The notes below the pieces were generated by a model, which saw nothing but the letters and a program-made list of their open reading frames with translations, was not told the DNA's origin and did not search any database. A program made the translations under genes and the position numbers. From the NCBI GenBank assembly GCA_037446635.1, contig JBBIIG010000088.1, positions 1-14,105 on the forward strand: a DNA stretch of 14,105 nucleotides. The letters run 5' to 3'. Shown piece after piece: positions 6,521 to 14,035 of the stretch (positions are counted from its first letter, which is position 1; each line of letters opens with the position of its first letter). Source of the stretch: a bacterium (lineage in GTDB: Bacteria; Zhuqueibacterota; Zhuqueibacteria; Oceanimicrobiales; Oceanimicrobiaceae).

Positions 6521-7861
6521 TTAAACCATCTCAGCTACCTTCTTCACTGTAGTCTGTTGATAATCATCTTCCCCGTGCGACACGCTCGGCGCGCGGAAAG
6601 TTTGAAACTGCACAAGATCTTTCGAGAAGATCAGATCAAGCGTCCAATCTATCGCGACGCGGATTTTCTTTTCTAATCGCGGCAGCTTGCTCAGATAGAT
6701 CGAGCGCCACAGCCACCAGGCGATGAACCCGGAAAAATTGAATCCGAGAATGTTGGCCACGCCCGTGCGCCGGCCAATGGCCGCGAGTTGGCCGATGGTT
6801 TTAAAGACGAACGACTTTTTCCGCCGGCCGCGAATGGCAGCGGCGATGTTATTCGCCAAAACTTTGCCCTGCCGTAACGCGTGTTGCGCGGTGGGTGGAT
6901 AATATTTTCCGGGATTCTGTTTGTCGGGAATCGCGGCGCAATCGCCAACTGCCCACACGCCCGGCCATTCCGGAACTTCCATGTTTTCATCAACCAGAAT
7001 TCGGCCCTTCTCCCGTTTGCAGGGCAATCCCTGCAAAAGCGGATTCGGCGAGGTGCCGGCGGTCCACACCAGCGTGTTGGCTTTGATTTCGGAGCCGTCG
7101 CTGAGCACAATTCCGTCGTCTGAAATTCCAGCGACTCGGGTGTTGACGCGAATCTCGACCTTGCGCTCGGCTAATTTTCGCTGCGCGTACGCGCCCAATC
7201 TTTCGCCCAACTCCGGCAAAATGAATTTGCCCGGATGCACCAACACCACGCGGATAAGATCTTCGCTGAGATGCGGATAAAACTCCACGGCCTCGCGCAG
7301 AAAGTCGTTGACGGCGGCAATGGTCTCGACGCCAGCGAATCCGCCGCCGGCCACCACCACGCTCAGAAAATGCTCGCGCCCGATGGTGCATTCGAAGTCG
7401 GCCTGTTCCAAAAGATCGATCAGACGATTGCGCAGCGTGATGGCATCGCCCAGCGATTTCATGGTCAGCGCGCGCTGCTGCAAACCGGGGATGTTGAAGA
7501 AATTGGTGATCGACCCCAAGGAAATCACGAGGTGATCGTAAGTCAGCTCATGATGGTGATGATCGTCGCCGTGCGAAACCACCACCGTGCGACCCGGCAA
7601 ATCGATCGACTCCACGTCGCCTTCGAAAAAACGCACGCGCTTCAGCAGCTTGCGAATGGGGTTGACGATGTGCGTCATGTCGAGATCGCTGGCCGCCACT
7701 TCGTGCAGCATCGGCGTAAATAGGATAAAATTGTCCCGATTCACCAGAGTAACTTCGATGCCGGGATCGCGGGCGAGAGTTTTCTCCAACTGCAGCGCCG
7801 TATAAAGTCCGGCAAAGCCGCCGCCGAGGATCACAATATTCTTCTGTTTTTCGCTATTCAT
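6521..7861 (-). CDS. ndh: Type II NAD(P)H:quinone oxidoreductase-like flavoprotein (NDH-2)
   Basis: 446 aa. Two GGGFAG Rossmann motifs, FTPMLHEVA, WAVGDCA, quinone-site-like PTAQHALRQG, C-terminal amphipathic GFIAWWLWRSIYL. Confidence 0.88.
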   Translation of the reverse strand: MNSEKQKNIVILGGGFAGLYTALQLEKTLARDPGIEVTLVNRDNFILFTPMLHEVAASDLDMTHIVNPIRKLLKRVRFFEGDVESIDLPGRTVVVSHGDDHHHHELTYDHLVISLGSITNFFNIPGLQQRALTMKSLGDAITLRNRLIDLLEQADFECTIGREHFLSVVVAGGGFAGVETIAAVNDFLREAVEFYPHLSEDLIRVVLVHPGKFILPELGERLGAYAQRKLAERKVEIRVNTRVAGISDDGIVLSDGSEIKANTLVWTAGTSPNPLLQGLPCKREKGRILVDENMEVPEWPGVWAVGDCAAIPDKQNPGKYYPPTAQHALRQGKVLANNIAAAIRGRRKKSFVFKTIGQLAAIGRRTGVANILGFNFSGFIAWWLWRSIYLSKLPRLEKKIRVAIDWTLDLIFSKDLVQFQTFRAPSVSHGEDDYQQTTVKKVAEMV

Positions 7862-7899
7862 AGAAATTGCTCCAATACAAATATGCGTTGAGGGACACT

Positions 7900-8043
7900 G
7901 AAGTATTGGATTGATGGATTAATGGAGCAATGTCAAACGAGAGAAGAATTTTAAATTTTGATTTCTGCAATTTGCATTTTGCATTTTCATTCACAACTGC
8001 CTGTCCAATCCATTAATCCATTAATCCATCACTCCATTACTCC
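7900..8043. repeat. 8-mer inverted arms enclosing a 7-mer array
   Basis: gaagtatt ggattgat ggattaat ggagcaat (7900-7931); loop 7-mers aatttta aattttg atttctg caatttg cattttg cattttc (7947-7988); tccaatcc attaatcc x2 atcactcc attactcc (8004-8043). Confidence 0.9.
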
Positions 8044-8068
8044 AACAACTCTGCCAACCACCAACAGC

Positions 8069-8773
8069 CTACTGAACGTCTACTCGATTCCACAACGTGA
8101 TCTCCGTCTTCCAGCCTTCCTTCTGTCGCTTTTCGAAGGAGGAGCGGAGATGCGGCGTCAGCTTGTGCGTTTCGAGATCCGCCGGGCTGCGCCAGATTTC
8201 AAAACGAAGAAATTCATTCTTTTTGGTTTGCGACTGGTAGAGATCATATTGGATGCATCCCGGCTCGGCCAAAGTCGGCGCGGTGAGTGAAAGCAAATGA
8301 CTCTTCAGATCATCCTCTTTTCCTTCCAGCCCGTGAATGAAGGTGAAAGCCGTCAGTGTGCCTTCATTGATTGGATCGGCGGCCGCTTTGCCATCGCTGG
8401 ATTTCGCCGCTGGCGTTTTCATCTCCACGATAATGCCGCGGGCATCAGTATCGCCGATGTTCAGCGGCGAGTGGGTGACCGCCTCGCCGTACAAAACGTC
8501 GCCGGCCCGGGTTTCGCGGATGACGGTTTTGCCATCCGGGAAAGTGAATTTAATTTTTAACGGAGTTAGCACGTAAGTGACCGCGGCTGGATGCGAATGA
8601 AAATCCTCGGTGTCGCCTTTGCGCAGCGTAAACTCCATCACTCGCACGCGATCGTTTTCTAACAGCACTTTGTAGTTATTTGGATAGAGCGGTACTGGAT
8701 CCTGAGCCATGGCGCGCGCCGCCAAACTCATTATGGTAATAAAGCTCGCTATCAAAATTTTATTGATGAACAT
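8069..8773 (-). CDS. Exported cupin-like domain + antibiotic biosynthesis monooxygenase (ABM/putative quinol monooxygenase) fusion
   Basis: Signal ending AMA-Q. Cupin part YKVLLENDRVRV..FHSHP..THSPLNIG. ABM part EPGCIQYDLYQS..FEIWRSPADLETHKLTPH. RBS AGGAGG. Confidence 0.8.
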   Translation of the reverse strand: MFINKILIASFITIMSLAARAMAQDPVPLYPNNYKVLLENDRVRVMEFTLRKGDTEDFHSHPAAVTYVLTPLKIKFTFPDGKTVIRETRAGDVLYGEAVTHSPLNIGDTDARGIIVEMKTPAAKSSDGKAAADPINEGTLTAFTFIHGLEGKEDDLKSHLLSLTAPTLAEPGCIQYDLYQSQTKKNEFLRFEIWRSPADLETHKLTPHLRSSFEKRQKEGWKTEITLWNRVDVQ

Positions 8774-8799
8774 AACGCCTCCTTCTTTTTGTTGGCTCC

Positions 8800-8839
8800 A
8801 TTAAACCATTAATCCATCACTCCATCACTCCATTACTCC
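8800..8839. repeat. Single-arm 8-mer array
   Basis: attaaacc attaatcc atcactcc atcactcc attactcc; no complementary arm in the same spacer. Confidence 0.88.
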
Positions 8840-8845
8840 ACGTTT

Positions 8846-9880
8846 TTAAAACCCCGTTCCTTTGGTATTCAACCGAACTCGATAAATGGCCGTGTTCGAA
8901 GTAATAAAGAGCGTCGAGCCGTCTTCGCCAAAGGCGCAGTTGCCGGTGGCCACGCCAAAATCGATCATGCCAAGCAGGGCGCCATCCGGCGCGATGAAAT
9001 AAATTCCCCCCGGTCCGCCGCCGATGACGTTGCCGTGCTGATCCACTTTCAAGCCGTCGGGGACGCCTGGTTTGTCTTTGTTCAGTTCCGATCCATCGAG
9101 CAAAACGCGGCCACCAGTGATCGCGCCGTCGTCTTTCACATCGAAGGCCATCCAGCGGCGCAGCCCGGAATCCGAGAGGTACAAAGTTTTCTCATCCGGC
9201 GAGAAGGCGATGCCGTTGGGCGCCTGCAAATCTTTGGTGAGCAGGGTGAGCTTGCCCTCCTTCGAAAGTCGATAGACGCCCTGAAAATCCAACTCTTTGT
9301 TTGGATCATCAAAAACGCCCGGCAGCCCAAACGGGGGATCGGTGAAATACATGTCGCCGTTGGATTTGAAAATCACATCGTTGGGACTGTTGATGCGCTT
9401 GCCTTGATAGCGATCCACTAGCGTGGTTTTCTTGCCATCGGCTTCGAGGCGAGCGATGCGGCGGTCGCCGTGTTCACAGAGCACCAGCCGTCCCCTGGTG
9501 TCGAAAGTCAGACCATTGGAGCCGGGTTCTCTGCCGGTAAACGGCTCTTTGCCGGTGTAGCCGCTGGGTTTCAAAAACAGGCTCGTGCCTTCTCCTTCTT
9601 TCCATTTCATCACCGCGTTGTTGGGGATGTCTGAGAACAGCAGATATTTTCCCGCGCGATTCCACACCGGGCCCTCGACCCAGGAAAATCCGTCCGCCAA
9701 CTTTTCCACGACGGCGTCTTTTGGGACGAGTTCGTCGAAGCGCGGATCGAGCCGCACGATTTTGGGGTACTCATTCGTTGCGGCGGCGGCCGGCGGATGG
9801 TGCGAAGCGATGTCGGTCAACAACTGATACAAGGCCAGCAGTGCCATGACGAAGTAAACGGCTGGAAAAAGTTTTTTCAT
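8846..9880 (-). CDS. SMP-30/gluconolactonase/LRE family protein, exported or membrane-anchored
   Basis: 344 aa. WVEGPVW, LLFSDIP, GSNGLT, NSPND, YFTDPPFG, PNGIAFSPD, PDGLKVD; hydrophobic N-terminus. Confidence 0.92.
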   Translation of the reverse strand: MKKLFPAVYFVMALLALYQLLTDIASHHPPAAAATNEYPKIVRLDPRFDELVPKDAVVEKLADGFSWVEGPVWNRAGKYLLFSDIPNNAVMKWKEGEGTSLFLKPSGYTGKEPFTGREPGSNGLTFDTRGRLVLCEHGDRRIARLEADGKKTTLVDRYQGKRINSPNDVIFKSNGDMYFTDPPFGLPGVFDDPNKELDFQGVYRLSKEGKLTLLTKDLQAPNGIAFSPDEKTLYLSDSGLRRWMAFDVKDDGAITGGRVLLDGSELNKDKPGVPDGLKVDQHGNVIGGGPGGIYFIAPDGALLGMIDFGVATGNCAFGEDGSTLFITSNTAIYRVRLNTKGTGF

Positions 9881-9908
9881 CGCTAAGCCTCCAGTGAATT
9901 TTTAAAAA

Positions 9909-10070
9909 TGTCATTTCGAGCGAAGCGAGAAACTTGGCGGAGAATCGACCCAGCAAATGCGCTCGCAACCGATGTGGTCTGAGGACGAATTTCTAACCGC
10001 CAGATTTCTCACCTCGACAATCGGCAGAGCCGATCCGCTTTGCGGAAAAACGTCGCGGTTCGAGATGACA
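9909..10070. mobile_element. MITE-like / palindromic repeat element, 162 bp, non-coding
   Basis: Terminal inverted repeat TGTCATTTCGA / TCGAGATGACA (10 of 11 match). Internal GCGAAGCGAGAAA pairs in part with AGATTTCTC. Resembles the widespread GTCAT..CGAGCGAAGCGAG..ATGAC palindromic repeats. Confidence 0.6.
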
Positions 10071-10085
10071 ATTTATTCTATCAAT

Positions 10086-11738
10086 CTACTTCTTTGTCAA
10101 CTCATCCGTCTTCACCACCGGCCGCACGCCGGCAACTCTCAGCGGCATGCGATAGAGTCCGCTGCGGGCGCAGAGATAGAGCGTCTTGCCGTCGTCGCCC
10201 CACGCCAGGTTGTGAATGTGCTTCGGCGCGATGATCGTCCCCAAGTGTTTACCCGCCGGTGAAATCACCCACAATCCGCCGGGTCCGGAAACATAAAGAT
10301 TGCCCTGCTCATCTACTTTGATGCCATCGAGCGCGTCTTCTCCCGGCGCGCTGGTCATGTCGAAAAAGATTTGCCCGTTGGAGAGCGTGCCGTCTTTCTT
10401 CGCTTCGTAGCGCATCACTACCTTTTTGTTTTCGTCCCAGTTGCCGACGTAGAGATATTTTTCATCCGGCGAAAACGCGATGCCGTTGGGCCCGCTCAAT
10501 TCTTTGCTGAGGAGTTGGAGCTTGCCTTTGTAGATGGAGTAGATGCCGCTGAACGGCAGCTCTTTGCGCGGGTCGTCGAAAAACTTGGGCAGACCGAACG
10601 GCGGATCGGTGAAGTAAAGCGTGCCGTCCGATCGATAAATAAGATCGTTGGGACTGTTGAGCCGTTTGCCCTGATAACGATCCGCCAACACCGTCACCTT
10701 GCCGTCCTTTTCCAGCCGGCTGACGCGGTGGTTGCCGTGCTCGCAAATGGTGAGCCGTCGCTGCGAATCGAGCGTGAGTCCGTTCGAGCCCGGCTGGCCG
10801 TACTCGGAGACATCGCCGCCGGCGTAGCCGCTGGGGGTGCGAAAAATTTCGAGCTTGCCAGTGTTGTTGCCGGCCGGCGTGAATTTGTAAATGATGTTGC
10901 TGTTGGGATCGCTGAATAACAAATAGCCGCCGTCCGCAATCCAGATGGGACCTTCGGTGAATTTAAATCCTTCCGCAAGCTTGAAGATTTTCGGATTCGG
11001 CCCGACGATGGCGTCGATGCCCGGATCGTTGCGGATGATCTGCACGTTCACTTCACTCGGAGTCAGTGCAATCGGCGCGGTGCTGCCCGGATAAAAATTC
11101 AGCCGGGCGAATCGCATCCAGATGAAATTCGTCGGGGGATTCGAGATCGGACCGTTGATGCCAAAAATTGCCAGTTGGATCTTTTGGCCGGGCTGAACGT
11201 TGCGCCCAACGATCAACCGGTTCGGCGCGTTCCAGCCGCTGATCACCGAGCCGCCCATTTGTCCCAGCGCGCGCGACAGTTCGCCGTCCACCCAGATTTC
11301 GGCGTAGTCATCCAACGCCGTCTCAAACACCACGGTTGAGCCGCTCGGATCAAACTCGCCGATGCGCTCCGGAATCGTGACGTTGATGCGGTACCAGTTA
11401 AAACAGATTCTCCCCGTGGAGCGCCGCGTGGCGAGCGTGGTGGCGTCGATGGCTTGCCACTGCGCGTCGTCAAAATCCGCGCCGCCGGCTTTGGGAGTGT
11501 AATCGTACGTCTTCACCGGCGCGCCGGTGGGCTGATTGTCCAGCCCCGGCCCGGTGAAATCCACTTCGATGATTTTGGTGTCGCTGTAGCGCCACTGCCC
11601 GTTGACCATCTGCACGCCGTCAGCAGTAGCGAGATCGATCACGGCTTGCGGTTGGCCGGCGGGAATATCCGCCGTGGTTTGCGCCTGGGCCGCGGCGGCC
11701 AGCAATAGTGCTATCCCAAAGAGTAGCTTTAATTTCAT
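10086..11738 (-). CDS. Exported SMP-30/gluconolactonase with N-terminal galactose-binding-like (GH2 sugar-binding-type) domain
   Basis: 550 aa. Signal ending AQA. N-domain DFDDAQW..WYRINVTIP..DDYAEIWVDG. C-domain FTEGPIW, GSNGLT, NSPND, PNGIAFSPD, DGIKVD. RBS GGAGG. Confidence 0.9.
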   Translation of the reverse strand: MKLKLLFGIALLLAAAAQAQTTADIPAGQPQAVIDLATADGVQMVNGQWRYSDTKIIEVDFTGPGLDNQPTGAPVKTYDYTPKAGGADFDDAQWQAIDATTLATRRSTGRICFNWYRINVTIPERIGEFDPSGSTVVFETALDDYAEIWVDGELSRALGQMGGSVISGWNAPNRLIVGRNVQPGQKIQLAIFGINGPISNPPTNFIWMRFARLNFYPGSTAPIALTPSEVNVQIIRNDPGIDAIVGPNPKIFKLAEGFKFTEGPIWIADGGYLLFSDPNSNIIYKFTPAGNNTGKLEIFRTPSGYAGGDVSEYGQPGSNGLTLDSQRRLTICEHGNHRVSRLEKDGKVTVLADRYQGKRLNSPNDLIYRSDGTLYFTDPPFGLPKFFDDPRKELPFSGIYSIYKGKLQLLSKELSGPNGIAFSPDEKYLYVGNWDENKKVVMRYEAKKDGTLSNGQIFFDMTSAPGEDALDGIKVDEQGNLYVSGPGGLWVISPAGKHLGTIIAPKHIHNLAWGDDGKTLYLCARSGLYRMPLRVAGVRPVVKTDELTKK

Positions 11739-11759
11739 GATTTGTCCTCCATTCGTGGC

Positions 11760-11869
11760 GGAGTAATGGAGTGATGGAGTAATGGAGTAATGGATTTATG
11801 TTCTTGAGACGGCGCCAATCCATTCATCCAAAAACACATCACTCCAAAACTCCAGTACTCCACCACTCC
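11760..11869. repeat. 8-mer inverted repeat arms
   Basis: ggagtaat ggagtgat ggagtaat ggagtaat ggatttat (11760-11799) / gccaatcc attcatcc aaaaacac atcactcc aaaactcc agtactcc accactcc (11814-11869). Confidence 0.92.
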
Positions 11870-11880
11870 AATAGTAATAG

Positions 11881-12354
11881 TTATTGAATCGCTGCAGCCG
11901 TGACCGCGGCCCCGGCTTTGGCGATGTCTTCGTCTTCCTGCGGTGTGTTGCCGCTGACGCCAATCGCGCCGATCACTTTGCGGTCAACAATGATGGGGAC
12001 GCCGCCCTGCAGCGGGGTCGCGCCGGGCAAAGCGAGTGCAGCCACCCGGCCCTCGCGTACTTGATCCTCGAAGACCTTGCTGGGCCGGCGAAAAATGGCC
12101 GCGGTGCGCGCTTTGCCAATGCCAACCTCGACGCTGGCGACCTGGGTATCGTTGAGCCGCTCGAGAAGAATGAGGTGACCACCGTCATCCACGATGGCGA
12201 TAACCACGGTCGCGCCCCGCTTGATGACCTCCGCCTCAGCCGCCGCGGCGATCTTTTTCGCGGCTTCCAGCGTCAGCACCTGTTTCACCGGCAACTGCGC
12301 TAAAGCCGGCGCGGCCAGCAAAAGCGCGATTCCAAAAGCTTGTCGTAATTTCAT
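11881..12354 (-). CDS. GlcG/HbpS-family heme-binding protein, exported
   Basis: IAIVDDGG..LERL, GKARTAA, GGVPI..GAIGVSG..DEDIA. Start moved to ATG 12354 (RBS GGAG); signal ending ALA-Q. Confidence 0.9.
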   Translation of the reverse strand: MKLRQAFGIALLLAAPALAQLPVKQVLTLEAAKKIAAAAEAEVIKRGATVVIAIVDDGGHLILLERLNDTQVASVEVGIGKARTAAIFRRPSKVFEDQVREGRVAALALPGATPLQGGVPIIVDRKVIGAIGVSGNTPQEDEDIAKAGAAVTAAAIQ

Positions 12355-12374
12355 GACTTGTTCTCCAACGTTGT

Positions 12375-12497
12375 GGAGTAATGAAGTTTTGGAGTAATGG
12401 ATCACGTTTGCCGTCTGCCTTTTGCCGCTTCACATTAATCCAGCAATCCATTAATCCATCACTCCAAAACTCCATCACTCCAGAACTCCAGAACTCC
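12375..12497. repeat. 8-mer inverted arms enclosing a short 7-mer array
   Basis: ggagtaat gaagtttt ggagtaat ggatca; loop cgtttgc cgtctgc cttttgc; eight NNNA(A/C)TCC units 12434-12497. Confidence 0.92.
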
Positions 12498-12506
12498 ATC
12501 CCGCCT

Positions 12507-13385
12507 TCACCCGATAACTTTGACCACGTAGTAGTCGATCTTCCCGTTGACTTCTTTGAACCAGTGCGGCACGCCCTGCGGCACGATGATGACGTCGCCT
12601 TTGGTGATCTTGCGGGTCTCACCGCCTTCAATTGATTTGCCGCGGATTTCGCCCGGGGCGGTGGTTTGGCCTTCAACCACGGCGCCGCCGGTTACGAAGG
12701 TGGCCGAGCCATCCAGCACGTAAATGACGTCGGTTTCCCAGGCGTGGACTTCCGCCTGTCCGGCGGCGTTGCGGTGGCTGGCGTGCACTTTGTAATCGCC
12801 GACTTCAATCAGCGGCTGGCCTTTCACAAAGGCCGCGGCGACTTTGTCGTTTTTGAGATAAAAAACATCATCGTTGGCCGCTCCATTCGTGGCGGCTGCA
12901 AATGATTTCGCGGCCTCGGCGCCGGCGAGGGCCAGCTCCTCATCCTGCTGGGCGCTGGCGGCGCCGCTGACGCCAATTCCCCCCACCACCTGATCGCCAA
13001 CGACGATCGGCACGCCGCCCTGCAGCGGAGTGAAGAATTCATCCGGCAGCGCGATCATCGGCGTGCGGCCGTCGCGAATAATTTTTTCGAAGACCGCCGT
13101 GGGACGCTGAAACAACACCGCCGTCCGCGCCTTGCCAATGGAGATGTTGGCGCCGGCGGCAAACGTGCCGTCTAACCGCTCGAGGGCAATCAAATTTCCG
13201 CCGTTATCCACCACCGCGATGACGCCGCCGGGCGCATTGAGCCGGCGCGCCTCGGCCACGGCCGCGGCAATCACTTTCTTCGCGCCATCGAGCGTCAGCG
13301 ATTTTTTCTCGGTAATTTGTCCCGCTGCTGCCATTCCAAACGTCAGTAGCAGCAGCGTAATCAGTATATTTCGTATTGACTTCAT
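12507..13385 (-). CDS. Exported GlcG/HbpS heme-binding domain + C-terminal cupin fusion
   Basis: 292 aa. GlcG motifs IAVVDNGG, GKARTA, GGVPI, GVSG. Cupin motifs EVHAWETDVIYVLDG and KGDVIIVPQGVPHWF. RBS AGGAGG. Confidence 0.9.
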   Translation of the reverse strand: MKSIRNILITLLLLTFGMAAAGQITEKKSLTLDGAKKVIAAAVAEARRLNAPGGVIAVVDNGGNLIALERLDGTFAAGANISIGKARTAVLFQRPTAVFEKIIRDGRTPMIALPDEFFTPLQGGVPIVVGDQVVGGIGVSGAASAQQDEELALAGAEAAKSFAAATNGAANDDVFYLKNDKVAAAFVKGQPLIEVGDYKVHASHRNAAGQAEVHAWETDVIYVLDGSATFVTGGAVVEGQTTAPGEIRGKSIEGGETRKITKGDVIIVPQGVPHWFKEVNGKIDYYVVKVIG

Positions 13386-13405
13386 TTTGCTCCTCCTTGC
13401 ATTTT

Positions 13406-13486
13406 GGAGTATTGGATTGCTGGATTATTGGATCAATGGGAAACAAGCTTTGCCAAAAATCCATTAATCCAGCAATCCATTAATCC
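13406..13486. repeat. 8-mer inverted repeat arms
   Basis: ggagtatt ggattgct ggattatt ggatcaat (13406-13437) / aaaaatcc attaatcc agcaatcc attaatcc (13455-13486). Confidence 0.9.
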
Positions 13487-13491
13487 AACTG

Positions 13492-13528
13492 AAAATCGCA
13501 CCGGCCCGGCTGTTTGGCCGGGCCGGTG
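13492..13528 (-). terminator. GC-rich hairpin after the DM13-like gene (weak intrinsic terminator or mRNA-stabilising stem)
   Basis: Perfect 12-bp stem CACCGGCCCGGC (13499-13510) / GCCGGGCCGGTG (13517-13528) with a 6-nt loop, followed on the minus strand by CGATTTT (short U tract). Confidence 0.6.
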
Positions 13529-13538
13529 GTTCAAAAAG

Positions 13539-13958
13539 TTATTTGCTGGTCAACTGCACGGTGCTTTCAAACTCGGCCTCTCCCAACAACGCTTCCGCCC
13601 ACGAGCAGTAGATCTGCACTTTGGCGATATCTTTGATGTAAGAGGGAACGGTGATGGTCTTGTTGAATTTCTCTTCTTTGCCCTCCATGTTCTTTTTGAT
13701 CATACAGCGGTTGAGCAAATAGACGTTACCTTTGGAGTCCACAATTTGAATATGCGGATCCGGGGTTTCCGGAGTTTTGAAATCATCCGAAAACGTCAGC
13801 ATGTCTTTGTCGCCGTCTTTCCAGTGGGTCACCGTGCCGGTGTTGGCCTTCGCGCCCTGGAACGGCTTGCTGGTGTGTTTATCGCCGGCAAAGCCGCTGA
13901 CCGCAAAAAAGGCAAGCAGTGAAAGGATCAGCGTGACAGATTTGATTAGGGATTTCAT
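13539..13958 (-). CDS. Exported hypothetical protein, DM13-like
   Basis: 139 aa. Signal ending GFA; RBS GAGGAG. FKTPETPDPH and VQIYCSWAEALLGEAEF resemble the DM13 pattern GPD(L)H..V.IWC..F...FG.A. The CDS is solid; the family call is tentative. Confidence 0.7.
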   Translation of the reverse strand: MKSLIKSVTLILSLLAFFAVSGFAGDKHTSKPFQGAKANTGTVTHWKDGDKDMLTFSDDFKTPETPDPHIQIVDSKGNVYLLNRCMIKKNMEGKEEKFNKTITVPSYIKDIAKVQIYCSWAEALLGEAEFESTVQLTSK

Positions 13959-14035
13959 AGTAAATGCTCCTCTCTTTGTTTGATATTAGAGTTTGTTTAA
14001 TAACTGAATTGTTTCTGTTGACTCACTGTTTTGTT

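Noticed and set aside
12236..12676. ORFs crossing repeat spacers (also 13404-13922, 7958-8290, 3875-4267, 11620-11823)
   Set aside because: Their periodic peptides (MEFWSSGVMEFWS, INPLIHHSITP, LLTAYCLL) are translations of the tandem repeats and overlap real genes.
13959..14035. Sigma-70 promoter for the cluster
   Set aside because: The region is AT-rich, but I could not find a convincing -35/-10 pair on the minus strand, and the operon may start beyond the window.
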